Positions 55,483 through 64,000 of a DNA stretch of 64,000 nt are shown here, piece after piece. Source of the stretch: Eubacterium sp. Its GTDB lineage: Bacteria > Bacillota > Clostridia > Lachnospirales > Lachnospiraceae. The stretch's first letter is position 1, and every line of letters begins with the position of its first letter. The notes below the pieces were generated by a model, which had not been told where the DNA came from, ran no database searches, and saw only the letters and a program-made list of their open reading frames with translations. The DNA is taken from contig JAFWIO010000055.1 of the NCBI GenBank assembly GCA_017514785.1, positions 18,311-82,310 of the forward strand. Direction: 5' to 3'. The position numbers and the translations under genes are program-made.

Positions 55483-56412
55483 TTATTTATCTTCGTTATT
55501 ATCGCTCTGTTCTTCTTGCTTTGGTTCTTCTTTCTTTGGTGCTTCTTCCACACCATCTGGTCTCCAGCCTGCAATGTCGCTCACATCAAAATCATATGTA
55601 AGTTCTTTGCCATAGGCTTTTTCATAAGCCTGCTTTTTTAATGCGTAATCTCTGTCTCGCATATAGATGCTGTTTTCTCTGACCGTCTTGTTTGGATCGG
55701 GAAGCATAACGTCGAGCACGCTTATCTTATATTTGACGTCAACAAAATCTTCTGCCATTTTTTTCTTTGTGTCAATCATTTCCACAAAGCAACTAATCAC
55801 TGGAACACCCAGCTTCGATGCATAGTAGAAAGGTCCTCTCTTTGGCGGACGAGGCTTTCTGTAGTTAAACCACATCTCCTGCTCTGGATAGATCAATGTA
55901 AACTCTTTGTTGGCCATCATTTCTTTCAGCTGTGGCTCGAAGAACTTCGTCATATAATTTCTATTGTTACTGATTGGAATGATGTCCGCATAGTTCATTA
56001 GAAATCCTAGCATTCCTTCCATCGCAAGGTTAGTCTCTTGGCTTACGATGTTTAGGTGTTTCTTGCCAGCCTTTAAAATCATGTATCTAACGATAGCATT
56101 CTCCACCGGACTGAAATGGTTACTTGTAATGATAGCTCCGCCCTTTAGCTTCTTCACCTTTTCAATGCCCTCTATGTGAGTGCTGATGTTAACCATTCTA
56201 GATGCCATGTTTGCCATGTATCTAGCCATACGTCTGTTGAAAAGATACTTAGGTGTATGTCTGCGCTTCATTACTCTCTCAAGCAACACGTCTCGCTCGT
56301 TCGATGTTAGAACCGGATCGTTCACCTCAACTTTGGCATACCATTCTTCGTCCTTAATGGCCTGTTTTATATTTTCAATTACTTCATCTCTTACGTCATC
56401 GAGAATTATCAT
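55483..56412 (-). CDS. PlsC/lysophospholipid acyltransferase-like protein
   Basis: TSNHFSPVE, IYPEQE, KRGPFYYA, PVISCF. Confidence 0.7.
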   Translation of the reverse strand: MIILDDVRDEVIENIKQAIKDEEWYAKVEVNDPVLTSNERDVLLERVMKRRHTPKYLFNRRMARYMANMASRMVNISTHIEGIEKVKKLKGGAIITSNHFSPVENAIVRYMILKAGKKHLNIVSQETNLAMEGMLGFLMNYADIIPISNNRNYMTKFFEPQLKEMMANKEFTLIYPEQEMWFNYRKPRPPKRGPFYYASKLGVPVISCFVEMIDTKKKMAEDFVDVKYKISVLDVMLPDPNKTVRENSIYMRDRDYALKKQAYEKAYGKELTYDFDVSDIAGWRPDGVEEAPKKEEPKQEEQSDNNEDK

Positions 56413-56456
56413 ATTGATTCCTCATTTGTGTGGCGTTTGTAGATTTTTTGTGTAGC

Positions 56457-57413
56457 TTATAGTCTTACTACGCCCTCTTCTTCTTGGACTTTTTTAAATG
56501 TTACATCTTGTCCTGTTATCATAGCTGCACGTGTTACAAGGTTTTCCATGCTAGCCATATCGTGCGCCTTCTGCTCGTCTGTGTAGTTGTTCTTTATATC
56601 CTGCAAGTCTTCGTAGAATGCTGTCTCTTTCGCATACTTCCAGAAAACATCTCCATACTGAATTCCGTCGAACAACCATGGTTTTGAGAATAAGTTATAG
56701 TGGATGATAACTATGTCTTCTTTGTCTTCGGCATCTTCCACTGGCATCACGTCATATCTGTCCGACAAATGTTTAATCTTTCCGTTGCACATCGCATTCA
56801 AGTAATCCTGGTCTGGCGCAACTGTGTCAAACTGATACTTGTTTAGTAACTCAAGGAAGTGCTCATCCATCTTCACTTCTCTCATCTTCTTAGCATTCAT
56901 TAAAAGAATTCCTGAGTTACAGTATTCGCCAGGCTTCATGCCCACTGCTTCCCTCGTATACTCAACTAGTGGTGGGATGTGCAAGATTGATGTGTCTGTG
57001 CAAGCGCCCACTAGGTTGTCGCCTAACTCTTCTTTGTATAGCTCTGAGATATCGCCAGGCACTACCACATCACTGTCGATGTAGATTACTTTGTCGTACT
57101 CTGGGAACATCTCTGGAATAAATAGTCTATAGTAAATCGTTAGTGTGAAGTAGTCCGCACGGAGTTTGTGTCCGTCGAAGTCACTTCCGATATCCAACTC
57201 TCTTCTCATCTCACAAAACTCAATCTCGCAATCATCAGTAGCCATGTCAGCAAGGTATCCTTTGTACTTGTCTGTTAGGCCTTCCTGAATGATATGAATT
57301 CTGTAGCGGTAATCTTTTGATGCGTTATCAATCAGTGACTTGATAGCCACTCCCAAATATGGCGCATAGCCATCGTCAATTGTAAAAAATATTGGTATTA
57401 ATGTTTTTTCCAT
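56457..57413 (-). CDS. Glycosyltransferase family 8
   Basis: YYRLFIP, YIDSD, NSGILL, DQDYLN, IHY..KPW. Confidence 0.92.
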   Translation of the reverse strand: MEKTLIPIFFTIDDGYAPYLGVAIKSLIDNASKDYRYRIHIIQEGLTDKYKGYLADMATDDCEIEFCEMRRELDIGSDFDGHKLRADYFTLTIYYRLFIPEMFPEYDKVIYIDSDVVVPGDISELYKEELGDNLVGACTDTSILHIPPLVEYTREAVGMKPGEYCNSGILLMNAKKMREVKMDEHFLELLNKYQFDTVAPDQDYLNAMCNGKIKHLSDRYDVMPVEDAEDKEDIVIIHYNLFSKPWLFDGIQYGDVFWKYAKETAFYEDLQDIKNNYTDEQKAHDMASMENLVTRAAMITGQDVTFKKVQEEEGVVRL

Positions 57414-57442
57414 TTTTCTAACCTCTTACTTTGAATTTTGGT

Positions 57443-58285
57443 TTATACTTTCTTGATTGATTTGTACATTGCTCTGTACTCTTTTAAGATGCCGTCGTAT
57501 TTATATAGTTTCAAGACTTTGTGCATTCTCTTTACGTCCCAAGGCTTAACTGTAATCGTTCTAACCCAAGGGAAGAATCTAAAGCCAGTCGTAAAATGTC
57601 TAATCACTGTGTCTTTCTTATTCTTCTTTTGCTCATTATACTTGCGCGGCAAAGTTTTCTTAGCCACCGCTAGCTTATTTAACGCAGTCTGATCTGGCAT
57701 AAACATTTTTTGATTTCTGCACTTCTCTCTACACTGTTCAAAAAGCCCTGTCTCTTTTACCTTCTTCATGTTGAAAAGAAGAACGCCCGAGTTTAGGTAA
57801 TCTCTTTTTGTGACTTTGTCACGGAAGAACCAACTGCCGTAATGATCAAGCACTCCTGCAAACTCGTAATCTTCCACGTCCTCGTCAAAGAGCTCGCTTA
57901 TATCGCCATCAGCTATCGTGTCGTTATCGAGATACAAAATCTTATCTGGCATATCTTCAATCTGATCCGCGAACAGTCTAAGCATACACATCGGTGTGAA
58001 TCTTGTATCCAAGTTTGACTTCGGAATGAACTTGTCAAAGTTTGCGCTTACGTCAATCAGCTTAAAACTGCTTTCAGGATTCACCTGCTTAACGTAAAAA
58101 TCCAAAACTTTAATCGTGTCCGCATTCACAGTATTGTATCGTCTGTGCACAGTCTCAAGACTTGCTGTCAAAACAATAATATTTAGTTTTCCCTTGTAAT
58201 GCTTCACTATGGAAATGATTGAAATAATCAAACCCTTTTCAATATTCTCATCTCCGCAGTAAAGTAGGTTAACTTGCTTTTCCAT
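57443..58285 (-). CDS. Glycosyltransferase family 8
   Basis: LRLFAD, YLDND, NSGVLL, PDQTALN, RHF..KPW. Confidence 0.88.
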   Translation of the reverse strand: MEKQVNLLYCGDENIEKGLIISIISIVKHYKGKLNIIVLTASLETVHRRYNTVNADTIKVLDFYVKQVNPESSFKLIDVSANFDKFIPKSNLDTRFTPMCMLRLFADQIEDMPDKILYLDNDTIADGDISELFDEDVEDYEFAGVLDHYGSWFFRDKVTKRDYLNSGVLLFNMKKVKETGLFEQCREKCRNQKMFMPDQTALNKLAVAKKTLPRKYNEQKKNKKDTVIRHFTTGFRFFPWVRTITVKPWDVKRMHKVLKLYKYDGILKEYRAMYKSIKKV

Positions 58286-58313
58286 ATTCCCTCTTTGTCT
58301 TCGACGAAGTCAC

Positions 58314-59093
58314 TTATTCGTCTTCCGACTTTTTATATATCACATAATCATATGTGCTCTCTTTACTTCGCTCTAACATAGTCTCGTAAATCTCGTCGTG
58401 AAGTTTTTTTGCTCTATCCTTCCTCGACAAAGTTTTGTCTGGCCAAAATGGACCATCCACAAACAATGTAACTCTAGGTTTCTTGCGATGCTTTCTCTTT
58501 TGATATGTGGTAGTGATGCAAAACGCCGGAGCATTCTCATTCACCACAAACTTAAAGCTCGTCTCCGGGAAAGGTCTAATGCCAGTATAGTATGGCCAAA
58601 GGTGCGCCTCCGGATAAATAGACACGCAGTGCTTCTGCTCAATCCTTGTGTGGATGGCGTTCGTAAAATCCTTCATATGCTCGAAGTCTGTCGGAATCGT
58701 TATGGCACCAAGTGATGTCAAAATTCTTCCAATAACCGGAACTCCTAGATTGGCAGGAGCCGCTATCACGTAAACTCGCTTGCTCTTTGCCACATAAGGA
58801 GCCTTGAACACATCTCCTAACATCTGCGTGTGATTGCCGAAGTAAAAATAACCCATTTTCTTGTATGGCTTAATCACTTTCCTATTCTTAACCTTTATTC
58901 CATAGGCTATCGGAAACGCAAATCGAATAATCACCCACGCAATCCCATAGATAACCCACGAGAAAAATCTGTAAATCGGATTTGTATGAATCCACTTGTA
59001 GTTTTCTTTTAGCTTGTAGTCCTGATCCATACTCTCTACAAAGTCATCTTCAAAGGATTTGTAGTATTTAGTTTCTGGCTTAAACTCTTTCAT
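58314..59093 (-). CDS. PlsC/lysophospholipid acyltransferase-like protein
   Basis: GNHTQMLGD, IYPEAHLW, F..TSF. Confidence 0.7.
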   Translation of the reverse strand: MKEFKPETKYYKSFEDDFVESMDQDYKLKENYKWIHTNPIYRFFSWVIYGIAWVIIRFAFPIAYGIKVKNRKVIKPYKKMGYFYFGNHTQMLGDVFKAPYVAKSKRVYVIAAPANLGVPVIGRILTSLGAITIPTDFEHMKDFTNAIHTRIEQKHCVSIYPEAHLWPYYTGIRPFPETSFKFVVNENAPAFCITTTYQKRKHRKKPRVTLFVDGPFWPDKTLSRKDRAKKLHDEIYETMLERSKESTYDYVIYKKSEDE

Positions 59094-59189
59094 ATTCTTT
59101 TAGTTATTTCTTCTCATAAAAAGAAACTAGATTGCTCTAGTTTCCCCCTTTTTCAAACCCGCCTTATTATATCATATAAAAGGTCAAAA

Positions 59190-59237
59190 AAAAGGGTTGT
59201 TTTATAGATTTTTAGTGTTCTACAAAACAACCCTTTT
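59190..59237 (-). terminator. Long inverted repeat downstream of the toxin gene
   Basis: AAAAGGGTTGTTTT(ataga)...(tctac)AAAACAACCCTTTT. Confidence 0.65.
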
Positions 59238-59249
59238 GGTTTACATAAT

Positions 59250-59717
59250 TTATTTTATTCCTAGTTCTTTATGATAATATCTAAGTGTCGAATACCTATA
59301 TTTATAATTGCTTTCCATATCTACTTTATTCCTTGACAATGTTATGTAACCCTTTACATATTTTTTAAATTTTGCAATAACATGGAAGTACTTTTTTCTC
59401 AACTCATTATATTCTTCTTTATCAATTTTTACTTTTTCACCAATATAAGACTCCTTGTCTACTATTACTGCTTTGGTGAAATCTACACCAGTAGAAAAAA
59501 CTGTTTTTCTCCCTGTTGTCCCAAAACGATAGCTATATTTATGATTAATATTAGTTCTAAAAGGAAGTGCAAAGTAGTTCCCTTCAATCCTTAAAGCAAT
59601 AAACATATATGGTCTATTCCTCTTCCTTTCTATTTCTGGATATTTTGTTCTACTGTGATCATTAAAAAACGACTCCGTCAAAAAGTTTATGCTGTATTTC
59701 TTCATATTTTCCCCCAC
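59250..59717 (-). CDS. Type III toxin-antitoxin toxin, TenpN-like endoribonuclease
   Basis: YPEIERKRNRPY..FALPFRTNINH..GVDFTKAVIV pattern, plus canonical upstream promoter-repeats-terminator layout; likely start ATG at 59705. Confidence 0.75.
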   Translation of the reverse strand: MGENMKKYSINFLTESFFNDHSRTKYPEIERKRNRPYMFIALRIEGNYFALPFRTNINHKYSYRFGTTGRKTVFSTGVDFTKAVIVDKESYIGEKVKIDKEEYNELRKKYFHVIAKFKKYVKGYITLSRNKVDMESNYKYRYSTLRYYHKELGIK

Positions 59718-59719
59718 AC

Positions 59720-59755
59720 AAAAAAGCTCTCGTACAGTTGTACAAGAGCTTTTTT
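59720..59755 (-). terminator. Terminator between antitoxin RNA and toxin gene
   Basis: AAAAAAGCTCT-c-GTAC-agtt-GTAC-a-AGAGCTTTTTT. Confidence 0.85.
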
Positions 59756-59756
59756 A

Positions 59757-59880
59757 CTTGGACTATGTTTAAAGTGCTGTCCTTGCACTTTCTTCCATTG
59801 GGATTTCTTTTAAGTGCTACCCTCGCACTTGTAATAATTGAGGATTTCTTTATAGTGTCACCTCCGCACTTTTCTTCAAC
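59757..59880 (-). ncRNA. Type III antitoxin RNA (TenpI-like): three 40-41 nt pseudoknot repeats
   Basis: AAGTGC recurs at 40/41-nt spacing on the minus strand, each copy followed by a (G)CACT stem partner, an A-rich linker and a loop-complementary segment. Confidence 0.75.
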
Positions 59881-59903
59881 AAGATTACATCTTGTATATT
59901 TAT

Positions 59904-59932
59904 ATTTTATTTTTTTATCACCCTATTGTCAA
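59904..59932 (-). promoter_or_regulatory. Sigma-A promoter of the type III TA locus
   Basis: TTGACA (59932-59927)-N17-TAAAAT (59909-59904). Confidence 0.75.
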
Positions 59933-60026
59933 CACCAAAAACAGCTTTCTCTCCACTGCTCTTGTTCTTCATTATAATAACATCAAGTATGTCTAATGTT
60001 AAGTATTGTTTATATGATATTTATTG

Positions 60027-60959
60027 CTATTTCTTTTCATAATTAACAATGAAAATGCCTATGCACACCAGTGTTAATGCAGCCATTATCTGCCAACCCA
60101 TCACATCCGTCTCGTTCAATATGATAAGCGATAACACCGCTCCAAAGATTGGATTCATAAACTTGCATGTAGCAACCTTTGATACATCATTATATTTAAG
60201 TAAAACACCCCATAGTGTATAAGCTGCTGCCGAGATAAATCCCATGTATAAAATAAGCGCTACAGCCTTAATCACAAATAATGTGTCTCCTGCTGGCATA
60301 TTTATATGCCCACCAGCTACCATACCTACTATCGTCATAACCAATCCACCAAAGAAGAATTGATATCCACTGAGCATTACCACACTGGCATCTTTCGAAA
60401 ACTTCTTTATATATCCCTGGGCCATCGCTCCAGAAAATGCCGCTATAAATATGAAGCCTTCGCCGAAGAAGCTCATGTCAAAATCTAATCCTTGTCCTGT
60501 TAGGTTCACTACTATTAGTCCCGCAAATCCTATTAAACTTCCCACCACTTTTTTGGTCGTTAGTTTTTCTTGTCTGAACCCAAGCGAGCAAATCAAGATC
60601 GTAAAGAATGTTCCGGCGCCTGTTATGATAGATGATTTAACACCCGTCGTATGTGCAAGTCCCACATAGAAAAACAAGTACTGCAAAACCGTCTGGAACA
60701 AAGACTGCACAGCAATGTATTTTGGATGGCTAGGCTTTACAAACTCTCTTCGCCTTACGCTTTCCACTGCTATTACCATAATTCCAGCTATCGTAAATCT
60801 TATTCCAGCAAAAAGAATCTGGGAAGCTATGTCGTTCCCAGATATTCCAAACATTTTATATCCAATTTTGATGCAACTAAACGCCGATCCCCACAAAAAG
60901 CAACAAAACATTGCTATAAGAATCATTACTGGCGTCTTCGATAAAGATTTGTGTTTCAT
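60027..60959 (-). CDS. DMT/EamA family transporter
   Basis: About 10 TM segments, LWGSAF..IKIG, E..T.KK..G..GF.G, AYTLW..LK. Confidence 0.88.
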   Translation of the reverse strand: MKHKSLSKTPVMILIAMFCCFLWGSAFSCIKIGYKMFGISGNDIASQILFAGIRFTIAGIMVIAVESVRRREFVKPSHPKYIAVQSLFQTVLQYLFFYVGLAHTTGVKSSIITGAGTFFTILICSLGFRQEKLTTKKVVGSLIGFAGLIVVNLTGQGLDFDMSFFGEGFIFIAAFSGAMAQGYIKKFSKDASVVMLSGYQFFFGGLVMTIVGMVAGGHINMPAGDTLFVIKAVALILYMGFISAAAYTLWGVLLKYNDVSKVATCKFMNPIFGAVLSLIILNETDVMGWQIMAALTLVCIGIFIVNYEKK

Positions 60960-60999
60960 CGCTCTGCCTCGTAACTGTTGTCTCTCATAATTGAAGAAA

Positions 61000-61869
61000 T
61001 TATCTCTCTCCCATCACTGTGGCTGAAACCGCCAACGCATTTGCACCCACATGGCACGCAATACTGCAAGGACATTTTCTAGCCATTATCTTTAGGTTAG
61101 GGAAGGCTTTCTTCACTCTCTCGAGCAAGTCCTTCGAGTCTTCGTCATTCAAAAATGTATCTATGATTCCAATCGAGATTCGCTCAGGTGCATACTCATT
61201 GTAAAGTTCTTCTACTTTTTCTTTCACATATGCAACCAGTTTGTTCTTCGCCATGTTTAAGCCTCTAGCCTTTTTCACAGCGTCAATCTTTGCCTCGTGC
61301 AAAATCATGATTGGTTTTATATTTGCAAGGTTCGCTACCAAGAACTTTGACGCGGACACCCTTCCGCCTTCTCTAAGATATTTAAGCGTATCCACCGTCA
61401 AAACCATAAATGAGTTCTTGCTCTCGCTCTCTAACTTTTCTTTGATTTCTTTGGCGCTCATGCCTTTTTCGGCATAGGCTTTCGCATCGTACACTGCCTC
61501 ATAAAGCATGCTTGATAGTCTGTAGTTGTTCACCACTTGCACCTTTCCATCAAACTCCTGCGCAAACGCGGCCGCCGTACTGTACGAGCTAGACAGCGTC
61601 AACGTCATAGGGATGTAGACTATCTCGTCATACCCCTCGTCCAAAATGCTCTGCCACATATCCATTAGATCCTGCGGCGAAGGTTGCGAAGTCTTTACCG
61701 GCACTCCATCTGCCATTCCCTGGTAAAGCTCTTTTGTAGACAAGTTTTCTCCTTCTATATATGTTTTATCACCGATTATCACTGGCAATGTCATTAGGAA
61801 AATTCCGTCTCTTTTGCCTTCCTCGATAGTTATCGAACTATTTGTGTCCGTCATTATTGCTACTTTCAA
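61000..61869 (-). CDS. DegV family fatty-acid-binding protein
   Basis: IMTDTNSS, KTSQPS, LSSSY, L..GGR, CHVG. Confidence 0.9.
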   Translation of the reverse strand: MKVAIMTDTNSSITIEEGKRDGIFLMTLPVIIGDKTYIEGENLSTKELYQGMADGVPVKTSQPSPQDLMDMWQSILDEGYDEIVYIPMTLTLSSSYSTAAAFAQEFDGKVQVVNNYRLSSMLYEAVYDAKAYAEKGMSAKEIKEKLESESKNSFMVLTVDTLKYLREGGRVSASKFLVANLANIKPIMILHEAKIDAVKKARGLNMAKNKLVAYVKEKVEELYNEYAPERISIGIIDTFLNDEDSKDLLERVKKAFPNLKIMARKCPCSIACHVGANALAVSATVMGER

Positions 61870-61929
61870 TTTTGCACCTCTTATCTGTATTTAATCCTAT
61901 AACATTATAGTCTTTTTCTTCATTTTATT

Positions 61930-63144
61930 CTAGAGCTTTCCTCTTTTATAAAAATGTGCTGCCACTTTCTTTACGATTATAAAATATGGTGGTTCAAGTC
62001 TGCGCTTCACCTTCTTAAGCGAAGCCCTGATAGGAATCTTTTGCGGACAAACTTGCTCGCACTTGCCACACTGTTTGCACTGCGACGCAAAGCCCGTCTC
62101 TTCCTTCAGCGTCAAAGCCATCACATACTCTGTCTCACCCGACATAAATCCATCATTGTAACTTGTGTTATAGCATTTGAAACATCCCGGTATATCTACG
62201 CCAAATGGACATGGCATACAATAGTTACATCCTGTACATGGGATATTCTTCTTGCTGTTTATTGCATCCTTTATTTTCTCGATTGTTGCAAAGTCTTCTT
62301 CGGTGAATTCGTATTTGGTATTAGTTTCAGCGCTTTGCTTAGAATCTTCTGAATTCATTTGCGTTTCGCCCGAATTCTTTTGGCCATTATTTGCAATTCT
62401 TATATTTTCTTCTAGCACATCCATTGAGTCCATTCCTGAAAGCACGCATGTGATAGTATCTTGCGCATACAACCATGAAAGTCCCCACTCAGCCGCAGTC
62501 TTGTCACTCTTATCAACTATAGCCTTCGCCTTTTTGTTCAAGCCTTTTGTGAGCTTTCCACCGCGAAGTGGCTCCATAATGAATACTGGAATGCCTCTTT
62601 TGGCCGCTTCTTCCACGCCCTGTCTTCCAGCCTGCGCATTCTCATCTAGGTAGTTGTACTGCACTAAGCAAAACTCCCAATCATACGCATCCAAAAGCTT
62701 TAAGAATATATCTGTTGATCCGTGGAATGAAAATCCCACTTTTCTAATCTGCCCAGCCGCTTTTTTCTTCTCAAGCCACTCACCTATTCCCATTTCAAGC
62801 AATCTTTTCCAAGTAGTCTCGTCCGGCAACATGTGCATCAAATAATTATCCACATAATCCGTCTGAAGCCTTCTCAATTCCTCGTCAAAGAATTTGTCGA
62901 AGTCCTCTGGTTTTTTTACTAAGTAAACAGGAAGCTTTGTCGCAATCTGAACTTTCTCGCGTATACCATTCTTCGCGAGAATCTTTCCAAGTTGCTCTTC
63001 CTTTCCCTTGTAAACATACGCAGTGTCATAGTAGTTTATACCCGACTCATATGCTTTCATTACAAGTTTTTCTGCCTCGGCATCATTGCTAGGCAATCTC
63101 ATACATCCATATCCTAAGATGGAATAACCGTTTCTATAAATCAT
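61930..63144 (-). CDS. Aldo/keto reductase with C-terminal 4Fe-4S domain
   Basis: LGYGCMRLP, YDTAYVY, IATK, GFSFH, MEPLRGG, CTGCNYCMPCP, CKQCGKCEQVCPQ. Confidence 0.9.
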   Translation of the reverse strand: MIYRNGYSILGYGCMRLPSNDAEAEKLVMKAYESGINYYDTAYVYKGKEEQLGKILAKNGIREKVQIATKLPVYLVKKPEDFDKFFDEELRRLQTDYVDNYLMHMLPDETTWKRLLEMGIGEWLEKKKAAGQIRKVGFSFHGSTDIFLKLLDAYDWEFCLVQYNYLDENAQAGRQGVEEAAKRGIPVFIMEPLRGGKLTKGLNKKAKAIVDKSDKTAAEWGLSWLYAQDTITCVLSGMDSMDVLEENIRIANNGQKNSGETQMNSEDSKQSAETNTKYEFTEEDFATIEKIKDAINSKKNIPCTGCNYCMPCPFGVDIPGCFKCYNTSYNDGFMSGETEYVMALTLKEETGFASQCKQCGKCEQVCPQKIPIRASLKKVKRRLEPPYFIIVKKVAAHFYKRGKL

Positions 63145-63959
63145 TATTTATCAAAAAACTCCTCTAATTTATCTAAGTAGTCTGGTGCTTCATCATACAC
63201 GCAGTGACTGTATCCCTCAAACATATAGTAATCGCAACCGATTTTTTCAGCCATATCAATTTGATCTTTGTAATTAAACATCTTATCACCAGTGGCGCCC
63301 ATTACCAATGTCTCGCACTTTATTTGATCAAGTCTATCGTATGTATTAAAGCTCTTTAGCGCCTCCGCCAAAATCGCAAACTTATCAAGTTTCTCATCTG
63401 ATGCTGTAAGAATTGTTCCTGCTAGCATATCTTTAAACTTCTCAAAGAATTCATCTGAATAACCTAGCTTTACAAAGTGTTCTTCTAGCGCCTCACGGTT
63501 TTTCTCCTTGCCCCATTTTGCCCAGCTATCAACCATCCGAATTGCTTCTTCAGTTGGCTTTGAAATAGTGGATGCTAAAATTGCTTTCTTTACAATCTCT
63601 GGGTAGTTAATCGCAATCTCCTGGAGTATTGTTCCTCCTTGCGATGCGCCGTGCATATAGGCATCCTTTATGCCTATCTCTTTCATAACTTCCACAGTAT
63701 CATCTGCTATCTGTCTTGTTGTGTAACCTTCAGGTAAGTTTATTCTTCTATCTATCAAGTAAACTGTGTAGTCGTCTTTGAAGCGGGCGTAATAATTCTC
63801 CACCGCTTCAGCATTATCAAGCACGCTGTTTACATTAAGCCCAGGAATAATCACCATATCCTTAGCTCCCGTTCCAAACTTAGCGTACTCCATTTCGATT
63901 CCATTTACATTTACTATATTTATTTCCATAAAAAACCTCCGGTTGCTATTATATAACAT
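63144..63959 (-). CDS. Alpha/beta hydrolase
   Basis: IIPGL oxyanion region, GASQGG nucleophile elbow, D and H of the triad. Confidence 0.85.
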   Translation of the reverse strand: MLYNSNRRFFMEINIVNVNGIEMEYAKFGTGAKDMVIIPGLNVNSVLDNAEAVENYYARFKDDYTVYLIDRRINLPEGYTTRQIADDTVEVMKEIGIKDAYMHGASQGGTILQEIAINYPEIVKKAILASTISKPTEEAIRMVDSWAKWGKEKNREALEEHFVKLGYSDEFFEKFKDMLAGTILTASDEKLDKFAILAEALKSFNTYDRLDQIKCETLVMGATGDKMFNYKDQIDMAEKIGCDYYMFEGYSHCVYDEAPDYLDKLEEFFDK

Positions 63960-64000
63960 ATCTTAATAAACCGCGAGTATTCTTATTGATTGCAAGCAAT

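Noticed and set aside
59757-59880. CRISPR array interpretation of the repeats (also 18053-18119)
   Set aside because: No unique spacers of consistent length and no cas genes; the layout fits type III TA or plain tandem repeats.
80-63959. Numerous short plus-strand ORFs in the track opposite long minus-strand genes (e.g. 877..1245, 54041..54595, 42767..43279)
   Set aside because: Antisense shadows of well-supported genes with no motifs or RBS.

Overview
Low-GC Firmicute chromosome segment (Lachnospiraceae/Eubacterium-like, inferred from gene content and protein style), with almost all genes on the minus strand. Left to right: (1) 1-1859, an unannotated RiPP-like cassette: a PqqD/RRE gene cut by the window edge, an HPr-kinase-like P-loop protein, a lipoprotein and two tiny YxDP-leader peptides missed by the ORF track. 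One peptide ends in the same octapeptide (GFGPLIDG) as the lipoprotein. (2) 1.9-8.7 kb, three large secreted proteins sharing a C-terminal domain. (3) A lasso-cluster-type nucleotidyltransferase preceded by an ABC-ATPase/TOPRIM-like pair. (4) Phosphonate genes (PEP mutase fusion, Ppd, Fe-ADH; predicted product 2-hydroxyethylphosphonate). (5) 16.6-24.9 kb, a defence-like island (DUF4143 ATPase, PIN, RES, RloC-like, HNH-like). (6) 25.4-49.8 kb, a Wzx/Wzy capsule/EPS locus with a NeuB-independent ulosonic-acid-like module, LicD, a radical SAM enzyme and several acyltransferases. (7) Housekeeping genes (methyltransferase, PPTase, Trk, MscL), an acyltransferase-GT8-GT8-acyltransferase operon, a complete type III toxin-antitoxin locus with a pseudoknot repeat array, and DMT/DegV/AKR/hydrolase genes. 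All family calls come from motif recognition by eye; no database searches were run.
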